Shown: positions 18,749 to 29,043, counted from the first letter of the stretch. The stretch is 64,000 nucleotides of DNA from an uncultured cyanobacterium (GCA_963710605.1 CAVQBA010000006.1:32001-96000); one strand, 5' to 3'. Notes: generated from the sequence alone by a model not told the origin. Made by a program: numbers and translations.

Positions 18749-20401
18749 TTAATACCCGATCGCACTTCCATCACCACGAGGATCTGTACCACCATATCTT
18801 ACATCAGTGTCTCGATCGATTATAATCATCCCAGCGTGTCCCATCACATCAGTAAAATTAGGTTGTATATTAAGTTGATGCCCTCGTCTTTCTAACTCAT
18901 TTAAAACAGATTGCTCGACTCTTCCTTCTATTTTAAGTTCATTTGTTTCCGAGCCAAGATTTCGCCCTTGAATCCAACGAGGAGATTCGATCGCATCTTG
19001 TGCTGAAAAACCAAAATCAACTACACGAGTAACCAGTGCCGCTTGGGTTTGAGGTTGCCCGTCTCCGCCCATCGTGCCGTAAACTAAATAAGGCTTACTT
19101 TGTTTTAATAACATCGCTGGATTAAGAGTATGATAAGTACGCTTGTATGGTTCTAGATAATTAACGTGATTTGAATCAAGGGAAAAAAACTTACCTCGAT
19201 TTTGAAGCAATACACCCGTATTTTTAGCCACAATACCAGAGCCAAAAGCATCGGCAATACTATGAATATAAGATACAGCGTTACCATCTTTATCCACCAC
19301 ACCCATCCAAGCAGTATCAGATTCGAGACTAGTTGTTGAATCTGGAAATTGAGTAACCTGCATCTGGATTTGTTGAGCGAGATTGAGATTATGAGTCTTT
19401 GATAATAATTGAGTTAGGGGAATATTAACAAAATCAGGATCACTAAGCCAACGATTACGATCGTTAAATGCTAATTTAATTGCTTCGACGATTAGATGAT
19501 AATAATCTGCTGTTCCTTCTCCTAACTCCTTCACGTTAAAATTATTAAGAATACTTAAAATTTGTAGCGATGCCATTCCTTGAGTCGGAGGTGGTAGATT
19601 ATAGGCTTGATAACCACGATAATCGACAGAGATTGGCTCAACCCATTTAGCTTGATGCCTAGCAAAATCATCGAAAGTTAGTAATCCATCGTTAGATTGC
19701 AAATCTTGAATAATTCTTTTAGCTGTTTCTCCTTGATAAAATTCATCTGCACCATACTCAGCAATTCTAGTTAATGTTTGGGCTAAATCTGTTTGATATA
19801 GTATTTCTCCATATTGATAAGGCTTACCGTTAGGTTTAAAAAAAATCGAGTTAAAACCTTGAAAACGTTTTAGATTACCAAATTCTCGATCGAGTGAATT
19901 AATGTTTCTTTCTAGCCATTGATGTTGATGAGTAGAAATAGGAAAACCATTTTCGGCATATTCAATCGCAGGAGTGAGTAAATCTTGCCACTTACTCGTA
20001 CCATTCATTTGCTCTTGAGAATAGTGATAAGCCTCTTGCCAACCAGCTACTGCACCCGGTACTGTATTTGCCGCTAAATAACCTCGATCGGGTATTGTAT
20101 CGTACCCTTTAGAGCGATAAAAGTTGCTGGTGACGTTTTTTCCTGCCGCCCCCGTTGATTCTAAACCCTTTATTTGTTTTGTCTTAGCACTGTATATCAA
20201 CCAAAAATTATCGCCACCAATTGTCCCCATTTGTGGATACACTACCGAAAGTGCGGTCGAACCTGCGATCGTTGCTTCTACAGCATTACAGCCTTGATTT
20301 AAAGCAGTTAGAGCCACTTGTGAAGCTAAATAGTTAGGAGATGAAACCATCCCTTTTGTTGACATTACTGTGGTATTCGATCTACCAAAAAACTCATTCA
20401 T
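18749..20401 (-). CDS. Gamma-glutamyltransferase-family Ntn hydrolase, HpxW (oxamate amidohydrolase)-like
   Basis: VVYPQM..IGGDNFW, autocleavage region DTAWMGVVD, HTLNPA, GTMGGDGQPQTQ. Last gene of the urate cluster. Confidence 0.85.
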   Translation of the reverse strand: MNEFFGRSNTTVMSTKGMVSSPNYLASQVALTALNQGCNAVEATIAGSTALSVVYPQMGTIGGDNFWLIYSAKTKQIKGLESTGAAGKNVTSNFYRSKGYDTIPDRGYLAANTVPGAVAGWQEAYHYSQEQMNGTSKWQDLLTPAIEYAENGFPISTHQHQWLERNINSLDREFGNLKRFQGFNSIFFKPNGKPYQYGEILYQTDLAQTLTRIAEYGADEFYQGETAKRIIQDLQSNDGLLTFDDFARHQAKWVEPISVDYRGYQAYNLPPPTQGMASLQILSILNNFNVKELGEGTADYYHLIVEAIKLAFNDRNRWLSDPDFVNIPLTQLLSKTHNLNLAQQIQMQVTQFPDSTTSLESDTAWMGVVDKDGNAVSYIHSIADAFGSGIVAKNTGVLLQNRGKFFSLDSNHVNYLEPYKRTYHTLNPAMLLKQSKPYLVYGTMGGDGQPQTQAALVTRVVDFGFSAQDAIESPRWIQGRNLGSETNELKIEGRVEQSVLNELERRGHQLNIQPNFTDVMGHAGMIIIDRDTDVRYGGTDPRGDGSAIGY

Positions 20402-20499
20402 GGAGTTAGTCTAAAAAATATATTGTGAGATTAACCAAGACATCAAAAATATAGCAGAAAATGAATAGGTTAGGACATTGTCATCCCCCTTCAATCAAG

Positions 20500-20701
20500 C
20501 AGGGCTGTTTCATGTCTTATGTCTGTAATTTATACCACGCCAGAAATACCAGTAAACTTAGCCGTTTTTTTCTAATAGTAAAAAGACAATGTAAGCACTC
20601 TCGATCGAGTAGTAATAGCTTCTAGCTATTTATTGTGAGCAGATAGCTATTTATTGTGAGCAGATAGCTATTTTCTTCTTCCTTTGAATGAAACAGCCCT
20701 G
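20500..20701. mobile_element. 202-bp non-autonomous IS derivative (MITE), ISAs1-like ends
   Basis: Perfect 14-bp terminal inverted repeats CAGGGCTGTTTCAT / ATGAAACAGCCCTG. Exact 13-bp flanking direct repeat CCCTTCAATCAAG at 20487-20499 and 20702-20714. Internal 21-bp tandem duplication. Confidence 0.9.
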
Positions 20702-20819
20702 CCCTTCAATCAAGGAGGAAACTTCTACTATAATATTCACACAAACCCTTTGGTTGCTACAGATATTATCAATTTACGAGAATAAGTTGATCTAGTTTTT
20801 TTGTTGACTTTGTTTAGAA

Positions 20820-22182
20820 TTAGCTATTGATTAAATTGATGGCAATTTGCTGAGTTTTTGTCACTAAAGAATTTAACTTGATTGTAGTTAGTTGTCCTCG
20901 ATTCGACTATTTTTTTCCCGTTGACAAAACTATAATTAACTCGATCGTTTTGACAGTAAATTAAAGCCGAAACCAAATCAGCATGAGTACCAACAAAACT
21001 AGGTTTATCTATATCAATCGCAATAAAATCCGCTGCCATTCCTGTGGCTAGATAACCAATATCATCTCTTCCTAATACTTTAGCACCTCCTCTAGTGGCA
21101 ATCTCAAGAGCATTACGAGCATTCATCACCCCAGCAGATTCACTACCTACCCTAGCTAACAAAAAAGCCTGACGGGCTTCATGGAGTAAATTAGTGGCAT
21201 CATTAGAAGCCGCTCCATCAACACCTAAACCCACGTTTACATTCGCATTCAGCATTTTACGAATTGGAGCAATTCCACTGCCTAAACGCATATTACTACA
21301 AGGGCAATGAGCAACTCCTGTACCTGTTTTACCAAAATTTTCGATCGAGCGATCGCTTAATTTCACACAATGGGCGTGCCAAACATCATCTCCTAACCAG
21401 CCCACCGAATCAGCATAATCCCCCGGAATTAAATTAAACTTAGATAAGCTATACTCAACATCAGCTTTATTTTCAGCTAAATGGGTATGTAAACGGACAC
21501 CTGCATAACTTCTTGCCATAGCCGCCGATTCTTTCATTAAATCAGTAGATACCGAAAAAGGCGAACAAGGGGCAAGAACAATTCTCAACATAGAGTATCG
21601 ATCGTTATCGTGGTATTGTTCAATTAACCTGCGACTATCTTGAAGAATATCCGCTTCTTTTTCCACTAAGCTATCAGGTGGTAAACCTCCTTTACTCTCA
21701 CCGACACTCATACTACCACGACTAGCATGGAATCTTAAACCAGTTTCTTGTACCGCTCTAATTTGTTCATCAAGAGTACAATCATTCGGAAAAATATAAT
21801 GATGATCACTTGAAGTGGTACAACCTGAGAGTAATAACTCCGCCACTGCCAATTGGGAACTATAATACATAGCTTCGGCGGTAAGGTTTGCCCAGAGGGG
21901 ATAATGAGCAGTCAACCAGTTAAATAAACTACCATTTTGCCCCGCAGGAGTAACACGGGTTAGGTTTTGATAAAAATGATGATGAGTATTAATTAAACCA
22001 GGTAAGACTATATGTTTATCTTCTAAGTCAAGAATTTCATCGGCAGTATCAGGTAATTGTTCGATCGTTCCTACCTGTTCGATGACGTTATCATTAATGT
22101 ATAAAGCACCATGACGAATTTCTCGACGGTTATCATCCATGGTGACTAAAGTATGGATATTTTTGACTAATAAAGTGGACAT
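20820..22182 (-). CDS. 8-oxoguanine deaminase-like amidohydrolase, probable +1 frameshift near the C-terminus
   Basis: NTHHHFYQ, SSDHHY, RFHASRGSMS, APCSPFSV, LHTHLAE and GVDG motifs. Removing one base near 20899 restores ...KIVESGQLTTIKLNSLVTKTQQIAINLINS*. Confidence 0.88.
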
Positions 22183-22196
22183 ATACTAGAAATTTT

Positions 22197-22703
22197 TTAA
22201 CTGATTAACGACTCTAAACGTAGTCGGGCAATAGTACTTATTTCGGTTAATGCCCGTTGAGTTTCTTGCTCTCGATCGTTTTGCAGACGATCGACAAAAG
22301 CCTGTAAAATACTTTCTTTATTATGATACTTAACTGCAATGATAAAAGGAAAACCAAACTTATCTTTATAAGTCTGATTGAGATTTAATAGACGATCGTA
22401 TTCTTGCTCGGATAGAGAATTTAATCCTGCCCCTGTTTGCTCTTCTACCGACGCTTGAGCCATTTTTGCTTTACTACCTAAATCAGGATGTGCTTTAATT
22501 AAGGCTAATTGTTCGGTTTCTGTCATTTGATTGACGATTGTTAGCATCTGTTGGTATAAATCATCTAAATCTTTAAATGCTCTTTGATACCAAGTCTTTC
22601 GGGCAATAGCTGGGGTTTGTTCCCAAATTTCCCCTAAAGTAGCCACAAATTCCTCTAAAGACATTTGATTTATTTGTTCGATGCTATATAAACTGCTATT
22701 CAT
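22197..22703 (-). CDS. uraD: OHCU decarboxylase
   Basis: LIKAHPDLG, S..EQ..AGL, Y..KFGFPFIIAV and IARLRL motifs. ATG at 22703 (the ORF track extends to a TTG at 22724). Confidence 0.93.
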   Translation of the reverse strand: MNSSLYSIEQINQMSLEEFVATLGEIWEQTPAIARKTWYQRAFKDLDDLYQQMLTIVNQMTETEQLALIKAHPDLGSKAKMAQASVEEQTGAGLNSLSEQEYDRLLNLNQTYKDKFGFPFIIAVKYHNKESILQAFVDRLQNDREQETQRALTEISTIARLRLESLIS

Positions 22704-22953
22704 AGAAAAAGTATTAAAATTCAAAAAAAAGCTTAGAGAATGGAGAATTTGGAGTTAAAAGATGATGAAAAAGAAAAATTTTCCACTCATAATTCAACTC
22801 ATTAAATTTTCAGCCAACAAAAAATCCCCCAACTCAAATATAATGACGATCGTGGTTAAAATAATTCCCCACTACAAAGATTAACCGATCGCTATTCCTT
22901 GGCAATACAACTATTAGCGGTATTTAAAACTTGAGTTGTAAGTCTTCTTGAGA

Positions 22954-24117
22954 TTAACGCAGTGGCCCACCTAAAATAATTTTAGCGATCGCATCGGTCA
23001 CATCTTTTTCTTCTTCTTGTTTTAACTGCTCGTACCATTCACGAGTTAAATCGGGTTCTTTATTATAAATAATGTCGGTACGCTTACGAGCCTTTAATAC
23101 TAACTTAGCAACCCTTTCTTTGCGTTCAGCTTCATAACGATTAAGAGCATCTTCTACACTGATATTAGTAGTAATCAAATAACGAGATAAAACCTCACCA
23201 TCTTCCATAGCTTGACAACCACCTTGACCTAAGGTAGGGGTACTCGCATGGGCAGAATCTCCAACTAAAGCAATTCTACCTTTAACCAGATGAGGTAAAG
23301 GATCGAGATCACCAATTTCTAAACGATTAACCTGATCAAGATCGATTTTAGCAATCAAATTTTGTACAGGAGTAGCCCAACCTTGAAAAACTTCTTGTAA
23401 TTCTGCACGGATTTTTTCAGGAGGAGTTTTACTACCTTGAGCCATCGGGCAACCAAAGAAAAAGTAAAAACGATTGTCCCCAATAGGCATCATTGAAGCT
23501 CTTTTACCATCGCCTACATATATCACCCAAACATCCTTCTGGGCTAAATCAGGACTAGCTTCTACTATTCCATTCCAGTTAACATAACCTGCATAACGAG
23601 GTTGTATTTCACTACCATTAAGATAGCTTCTCACGATCGAATTAACTCCATCAGCCGCAATTAGCACATCTGCTGTAGCGGTAGTGCCATCTTCAAAAAC
23701 GGCTGTTGCTTTGTCTTCATCTTGCTTAACTTCGACACAAGGCATCCCCATTTTTACATCTTCTTCACCAAAAGCCGTTAACATCATTTGCTGTAAGTCT
23801 GTACGAGAGACAGGATAAGGTCTTTGCCCTACTTGTTCCATTAAGGGAATTAAGTTAATATCATTTAAAACCTCTCCTTCTAAATTACGGTACTCCATAC
23901 GGTTCATTTGTCCACCAATGGCGGCAACTTCTTCTCCTAAGCCTAATTTATTGAGGACTTTAATACCATTTGACCATAGAGATATACCTGCACCTGCGGG
24001 ACGTAATTTTTTAGTTCTTTCATAGATTTCTACCTTGTATCCCGCTTGACGTAGAGCGATACCGATTGTTAAACCTGCCATTCCTGCACCGATAATGACT
24101 GCTTTTAAGTTATACAT
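22954..24117 (-). CDS. hpxO: FAD-dependent urate hydroxylase
   Basis: GAGMAG, AGISLWSNG, YAGYVNWNG, GKRASMMP, GDSAH.STP.LGQGGCQAMED and RV..LVLKARKR, plus gene context. Confidence 0.9.
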   Translation of the reverse strand: MYNLKAVIIGAGMAGLTIGIALRQAGYKVEIYERTKKLRPAGAGISLWSNGIKVLNKLGLGEEVAAIGGQMNRMEYRNLEGEVLNDINLIPLMEQVGQRPYPVSRTDLQQMMLTAFGEEDVKMGMPCVEVKQDEDKATAVFEDGTTATADVLIAADGVNSIVRSYLNGSEIQPRYAGYVNWNGIVEASPDLAQKDVWVIYVGDGKRASMMPIGDNRFYFFFGCPMAQGSKTPPEKIRAELQEVFQGWATPVQNLIAKIDLDQVNRLEIGDLDPLPHLVKGRIALVGDSAHASTPTLGQGGCQAMEDGEVLSRYLITTNISVEDALNRYEAERKERVAKLVLKARKRTDIIYNKEPDLTREWYEQLKQEEEKDVTDAIAKIILGGPLR

Positions 24118-24311
24118 TTTCTCTTTAATTTGATTTATGAATGATTGATTTAATTAATTAATTAGTTATCTTTTAGTATTAATTCACAATTGGTAAGCTG
24201 TGTTAGTTCGGCTAATACCAATTTACTTACATTTTTAGCACAAAATAAAGGTTAAATGAAGGGTACTCGTGCAAGGGGTAAAGGGCAAAGGGTAAGTTAG
24301 CTTTTAGCTTT

Positions 24312-24353
24312 TTACTCATTACTCATTACTCGTTACTCGTTACTCATTACTCA
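24312..24353. repeat. Heptamer tandem repeat TTACTC(A/G) x6
   Basis: Six contiguous 7-mers directly after the permease stop codon. Confidence 0.85.
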
Positions 24354-24354
24354 T

Positions 24355-25752
24355 TTATTCTCGTCCAGGTATAATTGTATTTAACAATAAAGCAGTAATT
24401 CCTCCTGTAGAAATACCTGAAGAAAAGATATTTTTAACTAAGATAGGCATATTCGCTAAAATTTCGGGTACGACAGTTACTCCTAAGCCCAAACCTAAGG
24501 AAACAGCTAAAATGATCGAATTACGCTTAGTTAAATTAACACAAGAAAGAATTTTAATTCCTGCTACGGCTACTGTAGCGAACATAACAATGGTTGCTCC
24601 TCCTAAAACAGGTTGAGGTAAGGCTTGGAAAACTCCAGTAACAAGAGGAAAACAACCCAAAATTATAAAAATAGGGGCGATAAAAAAACCAATATAACGG
24701 CTACCAACTCCTGTTAGTTGAATTACACCATTGTTTTGACTAAAAGTAGTATTAGGAAAAGTGTTTAAACAAGCCGCAATGATTGAGTTAATACCATCAG
24801 CTAAAACTCCACCTTTAATACGTTTGAAATATTTAGGTCCTTCAATCGGTTCTCCTGAAATTGCTGAAGTTGCGGTTAAATCACCAATAGATTCGATCGC
24901 TGTAATCAGATAAATAAAAGCGAAAGGAATAAATGCTCCCCAACTAAATCCTAAACCATAACGAAAGGGTATGGGAAGAGTAAAAGCAGGTAATCCAGAG
25001 AGGTTACTAAAATCGACTAAACCTAAAGGAATACAAACTATAAAACCGACAACTAAACCAATAACAATTGATGACATACGCAAAAAATTATTGGTGGTAC
25101 AATTCAAAGCAATTATTACCGCTAAAACTAAAAATGCCACCCCTAAAAAAATAGGACGACCAAAAGTATCTGCGTTTTGGGCAGCAACACCGCCTCCCAT
25201 CGAAACAATACCAACTTTAATTAAAGTTAAACCGATTAGAGTGACGACTACCCCCGTTACTAAAGGAGTAATAACCTTATTAGCTAAATGAAGAAAGCGA
25301 CTGATAAAAATTTCGACAAAAGCACCAAAAAAACATAAACCGAAAATTATTCTCAGGGCTTCTTGAGGGCTACCACCTGCACCTTTGATGGCTAAACCAG
25401 TACCAATAATCGGACCTAAGAAAGCAAAACTTGTTCCTTGGATACTAAGTAAACCCGAACCAACAGGGCCTAGTTTTTTTACTTGAATAAATGTAGCGAT
25501 ACCTGACACGACTAAAGACATACTGAGAATATAAGTTGTATCTTGAGGAGGTACTTCTAATGCACCGCAAATTATTAATCCGGGGGTAATAATACCAACA
25601 AAACAGGCAAACACGTGTTGTAAGGCGACAAATATCGACTCAACAAAAGGTGGTTTGGCATCCAAACCATAGATTAAATCTGATTCTACAGTATTACTTG
25701 TTGTAGATACTCTATTTTCTGGTTCTTGTGTACTTATCTTAGGATTATTCAT
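24355..25752 (-). CDS. NCS2 nucleobase (xanthine/urate) permease
   Basis: LQH motif, SIQGTSFAF, ESIGD and NAT signature TTFSQNNGVIQLTG. Many TM helices. Confidence 0.93.
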   Translation of the reverse strand: MNNPKISTQEPENRVSTTSNTVESDLIYGLDAKPPFVESIFVALQHVFACFVGIITPGLIICGALEVPPQDTTYILSMSLVVSGIATFIQVKKLGPVGSGLLSIQGTSFAFLGPIIGTGLAIKGAGGSPQEALRIIFGLCFFGAFVEIFISRFLHLANKVITPLVTGVVVTLIGLTLIKVGIVSMGGGVAAQNADTFGRPIFLGVAFLVLAVIIALNCTTNNFLRMSSIVIGLVVGFIVCIPLGLVDFSNLSGLPAFTLPIPFRYGLGFSWGAFIPFAFIYLITAIESIGDLTATSAISGEPIEGPKYFKRIKGGVLADGINSIIAACLNTFPNTTFSQNNGVIQLTGVGSRYIGFFIAPIFIILGCFPLVTGVFQALPQPVLGGATIVMFATVAVAGIKILSCVNLTKRNSIILAVSLGLGLGVTVVPEILANMPILVKNIFSSGISTGGITALLLNTIIPGRE

Positions 25753-25971
25753 TTTTTATAATTAATATTTCAGTTTCTTAATTTTTGTTTTGCCTCTGAC
25801 TAGGAATGTCATGTTCTTGCCATTAAAGTTTTCTGCTATTGGTATTACTGCTAAAATTGCTAAAATTTAGACAAGTAAAAAATAACTTTACTTTGATTCA
25901 ACTAATACACAAGGTTTTGTGTTGAAAGTAACTATAATTTGAGTTTTTCTACTTTAAGTTTAATACTGTAT

Positions 25972-26014
25972 ACCGTATCCCAAAATATAAGTAAAGAATG
26001 TGTTTTTGGTTACA
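25972..26014 (-). promoter_or_regulatory. Putative NtcA-activated promoter for the purine/urate cluster
   Basis: On the minus strand, TGTA-ACCAAAAA-CACA (GTA-N8-CAC, one mismatch to GTA-N8-TAC). The CAC is followed 22 nt later by TACGGT, a TAN3T -10 box. Confidence 0.65.
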
Positions 26015-26062
26015 GATTAATGATTATTAAACAAACAATTTTTTAGCTATTCCGTTTTTGGC

Positions 26063-26122
26063 TAAGTAGCCCCAATTAATTAAACGTCAAAAAACTTTCT
26101 TTTATTTAGGTAAAGCTACTTA
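26063..26122. mobile_element. 60-bp miniature inverted-repeat element (TAAGTAGC...GCTACTTA)
   Basis: Perfect 8-bp terminal inverted repeat. Its reverse complement aligns with both ends of 54537-54660. Confidence 0.6.
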
Positions 26123-26344
26123 TCTAAGCTGAAACTGGCGATAATCAAGAATTTTGCCCAATCAAAAGCCCAAGGGATATCAACTTTAGCTGTAGGGATG
26201 ACTTGATTGGTGATTGCTTCGGCTGAAAGTTTTAATTGCCATCACCTAAAAAGAAATCTCAACAATTGCACTAGCTATAAAGATTAAAGTATAATACTTT
26301 GGGCGTAAGAAATTATCTATTATTAAATTAGGAGATTAAGAAAA

Positions 26345-26572
26345 TTGCCACATACCATTGTTACTGATGTTTGTGAAGGAGTTTCTGATTGTGTATCTGC
26401 TTGTCCTGTAGCTTGTATTCATGAAGGGCCAGGTAAAAATGCGATCGGTACTGACTGGTTTTGGATTGATTTTGATACTTGTATCGATTGTGGTATCTGT
26501 CTGCAAGTTTGTCCTGTAGAAGGTGCTATTTTAGGCGAAGAGCGTCCCGATTTACAAAAAACTCCTTCTTAA
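26345..26572 (+). CDS. Bacterial-type dicluster ferredoxin
   Basis: CEGVSDCVSACPVACI and CIDCGICLQVCP. TTG start preceded by AGGAG. Confidence 0.9.
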   Translation: MPHTIVTDVCEGVSDCVSACPVACIHEGPGKNAIGTDWFWIDFDTCIDCGICLQVCPVEGAILGEERPDLQKTPS

Positions 26573-26711
26573 ACTATTGTTGAAGTAGTAATTTATATTT
26601 TATATTTTATATCTTACATTGTGTATTTCTTCTGAATTACTTTTAGGCTTCATGCTTTATTTTTCATGCTTTATTCTTCATCCTTACAGATGTAACTATT
26701 AACTCTCAATT

Positions 26712-27431
26712 ATGGGCAACTTACTCGAAGTAGAAAATGTATATGCTGGATATATTAAAGATTTAAATATTTTACAGGGTATTAATTTTCGGATAGATAA
26801 TGACGAATTAGTAACCGTAATTGGGCCAAATGGTGCGGGGAAATCGACTTTAGCAAAAACAATTTTTGGCTTATTATCTCCTAATCAAGGCAAAATTACT
26901 TTTAAAGGTGAAAATATTGCTGGTTTAAAACCGAATGAAATTGTCGCTAAGGGAATGTGTTATGTACCGCAAATTGTTAATGTTTTCCCAACTTTAAGTG
27001 TAGAAGAAAATCTCGAGATGGGTGCTTATATTCTTTCTGGTAGTACCAAAAAACAAAAGGATTTTATCTATACAATGTTTCCTAAATTGCTTGAAAGAGC
27101 AAAACAAAAAGCAGGTACTCTTTCAGGTGGCGAAAGACAAATGTTGGCAATGGGTAGGGCTTTAATGTTAGATCCAGATTTACTCATTTTAGATGAACCT
27201 TCGGCGGCTTTATCTCCTATTTTAGTTAATAATGTTTTTGAACAAATCAAGGCAATTAATCAAGCGGGTAAAGCAATTATTTTAGTTGAGCAAAATGCTA
27301 AAAAAGCTTTGATGATGGCACATAGAGGATATGTACTAGAAAGTGGTACAGATGCGATTGAGGGTAAAGGTGTAGATTTACTCAACAATCCTCAAGTAGG
27401 TGAACTTTATTTGGGTATTAGTCACAATTAA
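26712..27431 (+). CDS. Branched-chain/neutral amino acid ABC transporter ATPase (LivF/NatE-like)
   Basis: GPNGAGKST, LSGGERQMLAMGRALM, LDEPS and LVEQNA motifs. Confidence 0.92.
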   Translation: MGNLLEVENVYAGYIKDLNILQGINFRIDNDELVTVIGPNGAGKSTLAKTIFGLLSPNQGKITFKGENIAGLKPNEIVAKGMCYVPQIVNVFPTLSVEENLEMGAYILSGSTKKQKDFIYTMFPKLLERAKQKAGTLSGGERQMLAMGRALMLDPDLLILDEPSAALSPILVNNVFEQIKAINQAGKAIILVEQNAKKALMMAHRGYVLESGTDAIEGKGVDLLNNPQVGELYLGISHN

Positions 27432-27567
27432 TAATTAGCAATTAATAATTAATAATTGTTTTTTTGATACTCTACATAGAGCAGAAGATGAGATATTTTA
27501 ATTTTCTGCCGACTTTTCTACTATTAATTGCTAATATGAAGATATTTTGTTAGTTTAGTATTTTTGG

Positions 27568-28428
27568 ATGATAAAAATAGTGTTATCTCGTTACCGATTT
27601 TTACCAATTTTAGTTTTATTGAGTTTGCTTTCTTTTTCTCCTAAAGTTAAAGCACAGGCATTGTTGCCTTACACTCCTGAATTGAATGAAGAGTATTTTA
27701 ATACTTATAGTTCACAGTTGATACAAGATGCGGTACAACTAATTAGATTTCAAGAATTTGATTTAGCCCTTTCACGAGCAAAACTGGCAACACAATTGTC
27801 TCCTCAAATTTATCAGACATGGTTTATTTTAGGAACGTTAGAACTACAGTCGGGAAATACTGCTGAGGGAATACAATCATTTCTCAAAGCGAAAAACTTA
27901 GCCCCTGAAGATGCAGATATTTTATTTTCTTTAGGCAATTCTTATTTTCAGTTAGGAGAATACGAATCAGCGTTAGAAGAATTGCAAGCAGGAGTAAAAA
28001 TTAATCCTGAAGTGCCACAAGCATATTTTGATTTAGGTAATACTTATTTAAAGTTAAATAAATATCCAGATGCGATCGCATCTTACCAAAAAGCGACTGC
28101 ATTAGAAGCTGATTTTTGGCCAGCAACAAATAATATTGGTTTGGTTGAATACGAAGAAGGTAAAACCAGCCAAGCAATTGACAAATGGAGACAAGCATTA
28201 ACAGTAGATGAAAATCAAGCTGAGCCAATATTAGCTATCGCTGTTGCTTTGTATCAACAAGGAGAACGTACAGAAGCGATTAAATTAGGTCAAAAAGCCC
28301 TAAAAATAGATAATAGCTATGGTAAATTAGAATTTTTGTCTGAAAATCTGTGGGGAGATAAACTGTTAGCTGATACGAGTAAGTTTTTCCAAAATCCAGC
28401 TATCAAACCGTTGTTACCTCTTCCTTAA
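27568..28428 (+). CDS. Exported tetratricopeptide-repeat protein
   Basis: Signal peptide (..VKAQA) and several TPR-like repeats. Confidence 0.85.
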   Translation: MIKIVLSRYRFLPILVLLSLLSFSPKVKAQALLPYTPELNEEYFNTYSSQLIQDAVQLIRFQEFDLALSRAKLATQLSPQIYQTWFILGTLELQSGNTAEGIQSFLKAKNLAPEDADILFSLGNSYFQLGEYESALEELQAGVKINPEVPQAYFDLGNTYLKLNKYPDAIASYQKATALEADFWPATNNIGLVEYEEGKTSQAIDKWRQALTVDENQAEPILAIAVALYQQGERTEAIKLGQKALKIDNSYGKLEFLSENLWGDKLLADTSKFFQNPAIKPLLPLP

Positions 28429-28513
28429 AATTTCTTAATAGTTATCTAGATAACTTTTAGCTGATGTAAACGACTCTATTGTGAGGAAAAGATATCCATA
28501 ACATTTTTATTTT

Positions 28514-28927
28514 ATGAACGCATCTGAACAAGCTAATACATTAGAAACAACCACCAAAATAGCCTCTGTTGTTAATCTGTTCAAACAACATTTTCCTGAT
28601 GCTAAAGCTGACTTGAAACCATGGCAAAATGACCCAGATACGATCGATTTAATTGATCCAAATTCGATCGATATTGGTTTTCACTTTCCCGGATGGAGTC
28701 GTAAACTACAAAGTAGAAGTATCTTAGTCCAAATAAGGTTTCACCAAGATATAGTCGAACAAACCCATAAATTTATCGGCATCGAAACAGCAGGTTTTAA
28801 CCATAGTGGAGAAGTCTGGCGATTTTCAACGATCGAAAATTGGCAATTAACAGGTAAATCCCTACCGACTAAAGAAATAGAAGAAAAATTAAAACTATTT
28901 TGCCGTGGCGTATTTGAATTGTTTTAA
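28514..28927 (+). CDS. Conserved cyanobacterial hypothetical protein
   Basis: DLKPW.NDP.T..L.DP.SIDIGFHFPGW pattern. Confidence 0.75.
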   Translation: MNASEQANTLETTTKIASVVNLFKQHFPDAKADLKPWQNDPDTIDLIDPNSIDIGFHFPGWSRKLQSRSILVQIRFHQDIVEQTHKFIGIETAGFNHSGEVWRFSTIENWQLTGKSLPTKEIEEKLKLFCRGVFELF

Positions 28928-29043
28928 TTGATAAGAGTTGTTATTTTTTTCAACAATTTGTAACATTTTTGCACTTAAAAACAGACACCAAATTAGGTTA
29001 AACTAATCATATAAATACATCAAATAACACTAGTTAATTAAAA

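Noticed and set aside
26125-26250. GC-richer stretch upstream of the ferredoxin as a gene remnant or ncRNA
   Set aside because: Short open frames give no recognisable protein and no clear RNA family motif.
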